Positions 57,731-64,000 of a stretch of DNA of 64,000 nt are shown here, piece by piece. The translations under genes were made by a program, and so were the position numbers. Under the pieces are notes generated by a model. It had not been told where the DNA came from. It saw only the letters and a program-made list of their open reading frames with translations, and did not search any database. The stretch lies in assembly GCA_038062955.1 (NCBI GenBank), contig JBBTWE010000001.1, positions 101,411 through 165,410 on the forward strand, in the 5' to 3' direction. The stretch's first letter is position 1; the number at the start of each line of letters is the position of its first letter. This DNA comes from Patescibacteria group bacterium (lineage in GTDB: Bacteria; Patescibacteriota; Minisyncoccia; Phycocordibacterales; BOKC01).

Positions 57731-57970
57731 TTGATACCCTTTATTATTAACTTATATTTAAGATTGGTTCTTATGAAAGCTCATACATTTTTTACATTTG
57801 CGAGCGCCGTTTTTTCAATAGTAGCGATAGTACATTTACTTAGAGTTATCACAGGGTTTGGTCTTGTGATTGCGGGATGGTCAGTTCCTATCTGGGTAAA
57901 CACAGTCGCTTTTTTGATTGCTGCGATTTTGGGATATCACGGATTGAAATTAAGCCGAAAAACTAGGTAA
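57731..57970 (+). CDS. hypothetical small membrane protein
   Basis: 79 aa, two TM helices. Confidence 0.3.
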   Translation: MIPFIINLYLRLVLMKAHTFFTFASAVFSIVAIVHLLRVITGFGLVIAGWSVPIWVNTVAFLIAAILGYHGLKLSRKTR

Positions 57971-57980
57971 TCTTGAAACT

Positions 57981-58568
57981 ATGTTGAAGTCGAAATATTC
58001 CACCCTGCTTATAATCAGTGTGTTTATTGTCTTGGGTATTTTATTTGCCGTCAAAATTGGGTATGAAAAGACGTTGAATCCTGAAACTTATTCAGACAAA
58101 GAATATCCGTTATCTTTTTCGTACAATACGGGAATAGATACGTATGCTTTTTCTGATCGTAAATACTTTGAATTAGCTAAAAAGAGTGAACCAGATCTTC
58201 TTCGGATGCTGACTTTGGTTGAAGAAAGTGAAAATCAAAAACTTGTTGAAGATATAAAAAATGGTGTTGCGAGAGAAGGACCTCCTGGAATAACTGTTTT
58301 TATAATAAATAATAAAGAGAACCTGACCACAGAGAACTGGTTAAAGAAAAGTCCTCTTTCTAATTTCAAACAAATAATAGGAGAGGCGAAGGATATGACT
58401 TTGGGAAATAGGGAAGCACTAAGTTATCGATCAGATGGACTTTACAGGAATGAAACTGTAGTGAGTGTAAACGGCGATTTTATTTACGTGTTTAATGTCA
58501 CCTTTAATTCTCTAGAGGACAATATATATAAAGACTTTTATACATTGCTTGCTACTGTAAAATTGTAA
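57981..58568 (+). CDS. hypothetical secreted/membrane-anchored protein
   Basis: 195 aa with N-terminal signal-anchor. Confidence 0.4.
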   Translation: MLKSKYSTLLIISVFIVLGILFAVKIGYEKTLNPETYSDKEYPLSFSYNTGIDTYAFSDRKYFELAKKSEPDLLRMLTLVEESENQKLVEDIKNGVAREGPPGITVFIINNKENLTTENWLKKSPLSNFKQIIGEAKDMTLGNREALSYRSDGLYRNETVVSVNGDFIYVFNVTFNSLEDNIYKDFYTLLATVKL

Positions 58569-58628
58569 ATTTTAGAACTGTTTTTGCTATACTGTTTCAA
58601 TAAATTTAATATTTAAATATATAAGACT

Positions 58629-59030
58629 ATGAATAATCGAGTGGTACATTTTGAGATACATGCTGATGATTGTAACCGTGCAGTGAAGTTTTACAAGAAA
58701 GTTTTTGGTTGGGAGATTACCAAATGGGAAGGAGGTCAGATGGAATATTGGATGGTCATGACTGCCCCAAAAGACAGTAAAGAAATGGGAATAAATGGCG
58801 GACTTTTGCCTCGACCACAAAAATTAAAAGAAGGAATGTGCGGTTCAAATGCTTTTGTCTGCACCATGATGGTTTCTGACTTAGATAAAATTGGGTCAGA
58901 TATTGTAAAAGCTGGAGGGAAAGTTGCTATGCCTAAATTCGCACTCGTTGGTATGGCTTGGCAGGCTTATTATCTGGATACAGAAGGAAACACCTTTGGA
59001 ATACACCAACCGGATGTGAACGCTAAGTAA
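58629..59030 (+). CDS. VOC (glyoxalase/bleomycin-resistance/dioxygenase) family protein
   Basis: VHFEIHADDCNRAVKFYKKVFGWE N-terminal beta-alpha-beta module; 133 aa. Confidence 0.75.
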   Translation: MNNRVVHFEIHADDCNRAVKFYKKVFGWEITKWEGGQMEYWMVMTAPKDSKEMGINGGLLPRPQKLKEGMCGSNAFVCTMMVSDLDKIGSDIVKAGGKVAMPKFALVGMAWQAYYLDTEGNTFGIHQPDVNAK

Positions 59031-59031
59031 G

Positions 59032-59604
59032 ATGGAAAAGCGGATTATTTTGGAAAATAGGGAGATTAGTTATAAGTTGCAGAAAAGTCGTCGTTCAAGA
59101 CGTCTACGACTTTCTGTATATCATAATGGGTCTATCGCTGTGTCAGCACCTATTGCGGTAGGGGATGGCGTAATTGATCGATTTTTGCGTCTCAAAAGTC
59201 GTTGGATTTTTGAGAAAATTGCTTATTTTAAGAAGTTTAAATTTGAACCCATTAAACGGTGGGGAAGGAGAGATTATCAAAAATATAAAGGGATTACTTT
59301 GAATTTGGTAGAGCAGAGAATTTTACATTTTAATAAAATATATAATTATTCGGTAGGTAAGATCGCAATAAAAAATCAGAAGACTCGTTGGGGCAGCTGC
59401 TCTAAAAGAGGGAATTTAAACTTTAACTATAAAATCGCGCTTCTTCCAGAAAGATTGGCAGATTACGTTGTGGTCCATGAACTTTGTCACTTAAAAGAAT
59501 TTAATCATTCCAAGAAATTTTGGAGTTTAGTAGGGGAGACGGTTCCGAATTATCTTGAAATGAGAAAAGAATTAAAGAAAAATAGTCTAAGATTTTCAAA
59601 TTAA
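59032..59604 (+). CDS. YgjP-like (DUF45 / M48-family) zinc metallopeptidase
   Basis: WGSCSKRGNLNFNYKIALLP...YVVVHELCHLKEFNHSKKFW (HExxH in DUF45 context); 190 aa. Confidence 0.75.
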   Translation: MEKRIILENREISYKLQKSRRSRRLRLSVYHNGSIAVSAPIAVGDGVIDRFLRLKSRWIFEKIAYFKKFKFEPIKRWGRRDYQKYKGITLNLVEQRILHFNKIYNYSVGKIAIKNQKTRWGSCSKRGNLNFNYKIALLPERLADYVVVHELCHLKEFNHSKKFWSLVGETVPNYLEMRKELKKNSLRFSN

Positions 59605-59606
59605 AT

Positions 59607-60035
59607 ATGGTAGAAAATAATTTAAATAGACCAAAAGTGGGAATAGGGGTTTTTGTTTTTAAAGATGGAAAAGTTCTGTTAGGAAAGAGGAAGGGGTCCC
59701 ATGCACCGGGTATGTATGCTGGTCCGGGAGGACATTTGGAATACATGGAATCCATCGAAGACTGTGCTAAAAGAGAGGTAAAAGAAGAAGCTGGAATAGA
59801 AATAGAGAATATCAAGCTTTTGTGTGTTAGTAATTTAAAAACTTACGCTCCCAAGCATTATCTTGATATTGGACTTGTTGCAGATTGGAAAAGTGGAACT
59901 CCGAAGGTATTGGAGCCGGAAAAATGCGAAGGTTGGAATTGGTACAGTTTAGATAATTTACCCAAGCCGTTGTTTGCTACTTTAGCCAATTATATCGAAG
60001 CTCTGAAAACAGGTAGAAATTATTTTGATTCTTAA
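59607..60035 (+). CDS. NUDIX hydrolase
   Basis: Nudix box GPGGHLEYMESIEDCAKREVKEEAGI; 142 aa. Confidence 0.85.
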   Translation: MVENNLNRPKVGIGVFVFKDGKVLLGKRKGSHAPGMYAGPGGHLEYMESIEDCAKREVKEEAGIEIENIKLLCVSNLKTYAPKHYLDIGLVADWKSGTPKVLEPEKCEGWNWYSLDNLPKPLFATLANYIEALKTGRNYFDS

Positions 60036-60040
60036 AAATA

Positions 60041-60559
60041 ATGAAAAAAATATTAACAAAAGATTATCTAAAAGAGAGATATAAAAAAGTTGAGATCAGT
60101 CTTGATACCATATCAAAAGAAGAATTATATAGTTATTTAGCCCCAACGCTAAATTCTGAAGAATTAGAAACAATTACCTTTTCTTTTTTATTTGTCAGTA
60201 AGGTTGAGAATCTTATCACCAGAGTTTTAAATGGTATATTTAAAATTTTTATAAAAAATGACTTTAAAAATACTAAAGAAGTAAACCAGTTAATTGGGTT
60301 AACAATCAGCGAACTTCATTTTCGAGGAAAAATCAAAATCTTGAAGGAGAATTCGTTCCCAAGATATAAAAAATTTATAGCATTTAGTGACAAAATAAAT
60401 ACCTTAAGAAATGATTTAGCGCATGGTAAATTTAAGAATTTGATGTATGGTAAGGATAAAATACTTATGAGACAGACAAAACAAAAAATGATCGATGACC
60501 TTCATTCCACAGCAATGATTGCGTTAGATGGTGCAGAAGTAGAAGATAGAGACAAATGA
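60041..60559 (+). CDS. hypothetical protein with HEPN-like Rx4H motif
   Basis: LRNDLAHGKF near the C-terminus matches the HEPN/HepT RN...H signature; otherwise alpha-helical, 172 aa. Confidence 0.35.
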   Translation: MKKILTKDYLKERYKKVEISLDTISKEELYSYLAPTLNSEELETITFSFLFVSKVENLITRVLNGIFKIFIKNDFKNTKEVNQLIGLTISELHFRGKIKILKENSFPRYKKFIAFSDKINTLRNDLAHGKFKNLMYGKDKILMRQTKQKMIDDLHSTAMIALDGAEVEDRDK

Positions 60560-60571
60560 TATAATTATAAA

Positions 60572-60886
60572 ATGTTAAAAGATTTTTTATTACTTATTGC
60601 TGGAGGAACATTAACTTTCTTGGGAGGTGTGTTTCAATCATTTTTTGATGCAAAAAGAAGAAGGGAAGAATTGATTTTTGAATCTAAAAGGACCTGCTAT
60701 TCTAAATTACTGGGTGTATTACCCAGATTAGATACCCTGGATGTTAAAGAGGCGGGAATTATTGGTGAGGCTCTTTTATATTCTAATACAAAATTAGAAC
60801 AACAAATTAAAGATTTTATATCAAAGAAAAACAAAGATTTTTACAGCATTAAATCAACAATAAAAGAGGAATTGGGAATAAAATAA
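60572..60886 (+). CDS. hypothetical small membrane protein
   Basis: 104 aa, single N-terminal TM. Confidence 0.3.
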   Translation: MLKDFLLLIAGGTLTFLGGVFQSFFDAKRRREELIFESKRTCYSKLLGVLPRLDTLDVKEAGIIGEALLYSNTKLEQQIKDFISKKNKDFYSIKSTIKEELGIK

Positions 60887-60901
60887 ATTATTGAACAGTA
60901 T

Positions 60902-61867
60902 CTATTTGTTATTTTCACCTTTTTCACCGTGGAATTTTTCGTGGATGTCTCGTAGGCGTTTATTTGTAACGTGGGTGTAGACTTGGGTGGTGGAGACATT
61001 TTTGTGTCCCAAAAGCTCTTGGACGCTTCGGAGGTCCGCTCCATGAGTGAGAAGATCGGTTGCGTAGGAATGGCGGAGGGTGTGCGGAGTCACTTTTTTT
61101 GAAAGGCCAGCAAGCATTGCGGATTTTGAAACCATATTTTGAATATAACGTGGTGACAATCTTTTATTTTCCGGATCTTTAGAGCGAAAATTTATAAAAA
61201 GAGGTTTGAAAACATCTCGGCGGATTTTCAAATATTTTCGAAGCCACTCTGCCGCAGTTGGTGATATGAATATAGTACGGACATATTTTCCTTTACCGAT
61301 AATCGAAAGCTCGAATGTTCTGTTTGGATTCTTGTCTTGAAGAAAAGACATTTGATCGACGTTTAATGCCACCAGTTCCGAAATACGCATTCCAGAGGAG
61401 AAAAAAAGTTCCATGATGGTTCGGTCACGTAAACCGTTTGGAGTTTCTGTGTCAGGGATCTTTAGCATCTTTTCAACATCTCGCATCTCAAGAAAAGAAA
61501 TATTCTCATCTGTCTTTTGTTTGGCTAGTTTTATTTTTGATGAGGGGAGAGTTTCTATATCTTTTTCAGCAAGGTAGTCCAGCAAGGCTCTTAAAGCTAT
61601 AAGATAGTAGTTTTGAGATTTCTTACCTAAATTTTCATCACTAGGCGTTTTATAGGTTCGAGCCAAGTACAATCGATAATCCCAAATGTGTCTGGCATTT
61701 AATTCATGCGGCAAAAGATTTTCCATTCCCACGACTTTGAGCCAGCCGACAAAGAGAGAGAGGTATTGTTTGTAATTTCTTTGAGTATTGTCCGCGAGAC
61801 CTTTTTCAATTTCGCAGTAGTCGAGGAAGGGGAGGATTTGATCTTTGATGGGTTCTAGAGTCTTCAT
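60902..61867 (-). CDS. tyrosine site-specific recombinase (XerC/XerD family)
   Basis: C-terminal [39 protein letters not shown] with catalytic Tyr; 321 aa. Confidence 0.85.
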   Translation of the reverse strand: MKTLEPIKDQILPFLDYCEIEKGLADNTQRNYKQYLSLFVGWLKVVGMENLLPHELNARHIWDYRLYLARTYKTPSDENLGKKSQNYYLIALRALLDYLAEKDIETLPSSKIKLAKQKTDENISFLEMRDVEKMLKIPDTETPNGLRDRTIMELFFSSGMRISELVALNVDQMSFLQDKNPNRTFELSIIGKGKYVRTIFISPTAAEWLRKYLKIRRDVFKPLFINFRSKDPENKRLSPRYIQNMVSKSAMLAGLSKKVTPHTLRHSYATDLLTHGADLRSVQELLGHKNVSTTQVYTHVTNKRLRDIHEKFHGEKGENNK

Positions 61868-61989
61868 GCTTATATAATATCAAATTAACAGTCATTCGCA
61901 CAATATATGTAAAACGAATGAGTTGTGGAAAAACAACAATCTCAACTCAAAAAATAATTTGGTTCTCTGAGATCTTTTCCCTTGCCTGC

Positions 61990-62010
61990 CGGCAGGCAGG
62001 AAGGTATCTA
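61990..62010. repeat. R1 palindrome copy (CCTTGCCTGCCGGCAGGCAGG), reverse orientation of copy at 7944
   Basis: Direct read. Confidence 0.8.
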
Positions 62011-62212
62011 CATACCTCCAACTTACTCTCTCGAGGTTGTTTTGGAACTACTTATCCCCTTTGGATCCTTATACTCATTTAAGGAGAACTTTTTCCCTCT
62101 TAATCAGCTCTTAAAAATTTTTTATTTCGAGTAGGGGACTTCCCTCTTTAATTTAAGATTTACGATTCAAGATTTAAGATTTTTCTAAATACAAAATACT
62201 AGATACTACATA

Positions 62213-62425
62213 CTAATTTTTCGTGAATAGATTTGTCACAAATTCCCAAACCATTTTTAGAAAGCCCCACAGAGCTTCCCAGATCATTTTTACTTGAGGT
62301 TTATTTAGAAAATCAATAATATCGCTGATGTTTATATTCCAAACAAGTTTTAGAATAGCCAACCCGATAATTATTAAAATTATTAATTTTATAAATCCCC
62401 CCTTTCCACTTTTTTTAATTTTCAT
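62213..62425 (-). CDS. hypothetical small membrane protein
   Basis: 70 aa, one TM. Confidence 0.3.
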   Translation of the reverse strand: MKIKKSGKGGFIKLIILIIIGLAILKLVWNINISDIIDFLNKPQVKMIWEALWGFLKMVWEFVTNLFTKN

Positions 62426-62485
62426 ATTACTCTCATTTTAAACTTTTTTTTTAAAATTAAAAATACATCTTATATACAATTTTAG

Positions 62486-62610
62486 AACTTTCAGATTCGA
62501 GGCTAGTTCTAGGCGATCCGCGAGCGTTCTGACCAAGCTGTATATACTGATATAGTGCATGGAAGAAGCGGAGCGGTCAACGACGAAATAGACCGAATAT
62601 GAGAGTTATA
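62486..62610 (+). repeat. R3-related element, copy D (diverged)
   Basis: Begins GAACTTTCAGATTCG like copy A and the 340 region; ends GGAGCGGTC-AACGACGAAATA-GACCGAATATGAGAGTT, paralleling copies A and C. Confidence 0.35.
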
Positions 62611-63931
62611 AGGACGGAAGGAAGGCCATAGGGTCCAAATACGCCCTCTGATCGGCTAATGGCATATATGCCCCGTTGCAAGGCGTAGCCGAAGTGTATC
62701 TTTGAGGACGTAATCCTTCGGTAATATAGGCACCAAAATGCAGATGGGGGCCAGTGGAATACCCCGCGCCAAACATTCCAGGAGCTCCACCGCTAAAAGC
62801 GATTGTGGCTCCCCTTTCCACTTGTTGGCCGACGACTGATACCTGTGAAGCCGACAAATGCGAATATAGAGTGGATAAACCATTGTTATGCGCGATTAAA
62901 ATCCACCTACCAAAGGAATAACAACCCCGGACTTCGTCAGTATTTCCGAGCGCGCTAACGACTCCAGAATCAGCCGCCTTGACCCTTGTGCCGACCGCTG
63001 CGCGGAAATCGACTCCGTTGTGAGTGCCAGAAACATAAAGTCTGATAGAGTCTGCGGTGCGTCCGAAGAATTGACTAACTGATATATTATCGAGCGGCCA
63101 CGCAAGCACTCCAGAGCGCGCAGACGGGATTTTTGACGGATCAATGAAAATTTGGAGTCGGGATTCAAATTCGAATATTTCTCGTTCAACTTCAGCTTTA
63201 CGCGCCAAATTTCTAGCTAGAATTTTTTTATATTCGGACTCCGTATTTCTCGTTTCTTTTAAAAGTTGTTCTTTTTGTTTTTTATTTGCTTCGACTATTT
63301 TATGTTGTGAATTGTATTCAGCTTCAAGCCTTTCTAATTCATTCTTTTCTTCCTCCGTTTCTGTTTTTTGATCCTCGAGAACTTCTTTGGTGACTTTTAA
63401 GTCATTAACCTTTTGTTGAACACTTGTTTGGAAACGACTTAGCGTGTCCACTTCTTCCCAAGCAGATCCAAAATCGTCATATTTTAGAAAAATCTCAACC
63501 ATCGAATTTTCCGATGTTTCATTGATAAGTCTCAAAGTTTCCCCTAAACTTTCACTGTTTTTTTCTATTCGCTTTTCATTTTCTCCAATTTGAATATCCA
63601 ACTTTGAAAGGTTAAGGGTGGTCGATTCAACTTCGTTTTCTGTAACTTTGATATCTTTTAAAAGTTTGTTGCGAGTTAGATCGAGGGATTTAACAGCTCC
63701 TTGGAGAGTGTTAGCTGATTTGGAAACCTCAATAAGATCAGTTTGGTATTTATTTATCTCTTTATTTAATTCTGCTACCGCTTTATTTTTTTCCTCGATC
63801 TTTTTTTGAAGCTCAATTATTTCTGAATTGTTTTGCGCTAGTACTTCCCCTCCCGCAAGCAAAAATATCATGCCTAAGGTGGCAATTGTTCCGAATGCTA
63901 ATTTTCTAGAATTTCTTTTGCTTTTTTCCAT
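62606..63931 (-). CDS. M23 family metallopeptidase with N-terminal coiled-coil (EnvC-like)
   Basis: Signal peptide, long coiled coil, C-terminal M23 motifs GTHNGVDF...HLHF; 441 aa. Confidence 0.8.
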   Translation of the reverse strand: MEKSKRNSRKLAFGTIATLGMIFLLAGGEVLAQNNSEIIELQKKIEEKNKAVAELNKEINKYQTDLIEVSKSANTLQGAVKSLDLTRNKLLKDIKVTENEVESTTLNLSKLDIQIGENEKRIEKNSESLGETLRLINETSENSMVEIFLKYDDFGSAWEEVDTLSRFQTSVQQKVNDLKVTKEVLEDQKTETEEEKNELERLEAEYNSQHKIVEANKKQKEQLLKETRNTESEYKKILARNLARKAEVEREIFEFESRLQIFIDPSKIPSARSGVLAWPLDNISVSQFFGRTADSIRLYVSGTHNGVDFRAAVGTRVKAADSGVVSALGNTDEVRGCYSFGRWILIAHNNGLSTLYSHLSASQVSVVGQQVERGATIAFSGGAPGMFGAGYSTGPHLHFGAYITEGLRPQRYTSATPCNGAYMPLADQRAYLDPMAFLPSL

Positions 63932-64000
63932 CTGTGCAGAGTTTTGTTTTTGCCCAAAATTTCGATTAAAGCAAATGGATCCGGAGATTGTTCTTTGCCT

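Noticed and set aside
1-64000. CRISPR arrays, rRNA genes, prophage structural genes
   Set aside because: No array of regularly spaced identical repeats and no 16S/23S-like conserved stretches. No capsid, terminase or portal-like proteins were recognised. The repeats present are dispersed single copies.

Overview
This is a low-GC (about 35%), gene-dense bacterial chromosome segment with a Candidate Phyla Radiation / Patescibacteria-like profile: short N-terminally trimmed IF-2, divergent HisRS, VirB2/TrbC-like pilin paralogs, and many small membrane proteins. Core genes readable from the translations are trxB, ftsZ, ftsA, ybeY, rpsU, lepB, pth, rpsA, gyrA, rbfA, infB, clpB, alr, rpmG (missed by the ORF track), miaA, parB, rel, topA, recR, dnaB, cysS, ctpA, rplI, rpmA and xerC/D. 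Eight tRNAs are present: Cys-GCA, Leu-TAA, Lys-CTT, Leu-TAG, Tyr-GTA, Trp-CCA on the + strand and Leu-CAA on the - strand. Five things stand out beyond ordinary gene content. (1) A tandem array of seven paralogous signal-peptide plus two-helix small membrane proteins at 15495-18260, with VirB2/TrbC-pilin-like architecture and a conserved ILHAEEE-KEEGKR-MFWG loop. (2) At least six compositionally distinct GC-rich islets of 48-60% GC, several abutting tRNA genes or carrying duplicated tRNA 3' ends. These encode an SPFH/band-7 protein with a polytopic membrane partner, a histidine phosphatase, a MaoC-hotdog membrane protein, an RHH protein and a lipoprotein. (3) A cassette of two PEP-utilising-enzyme paralogs sits beside the GC-rich histidine phosphatase. 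One paralog is full length (ATP-grasp plus His-swivel) and the other lacks the ATP-grasp domain. The whole cassette is bracketed by two near-identical 40-nt hairpins. (4) The window contains unusually many dispersed repeat families. These are a 20-bp GC palindrome (4 copies); a 115-bp element present as near-identical inverted copies bracketing the trxB-ftsZ-ftsA-ybeY-rpsU-hisS block, plus 2 partial copies; a roughly 100-nt structured element with compensatory stem changes (4 copies, all in + orientation); MITE-like hairpin elements with CCCGTAGTAGA...TCACTACGGG termini (4 copies, two of them fused directly to start codons); and AT-rich tandem motif arrays. (5) There is an IS1595-family transposase with small cargo ORFs and an ORF-free 770-bp tract, and a HEPN-motif protein with a small TM partner beside the tyrosine recombinase. 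No CRISPR arrays or rRNA genes were seen. All functional calls rest on motif and architecture recognition in the translations and were not confirmed by any database search.
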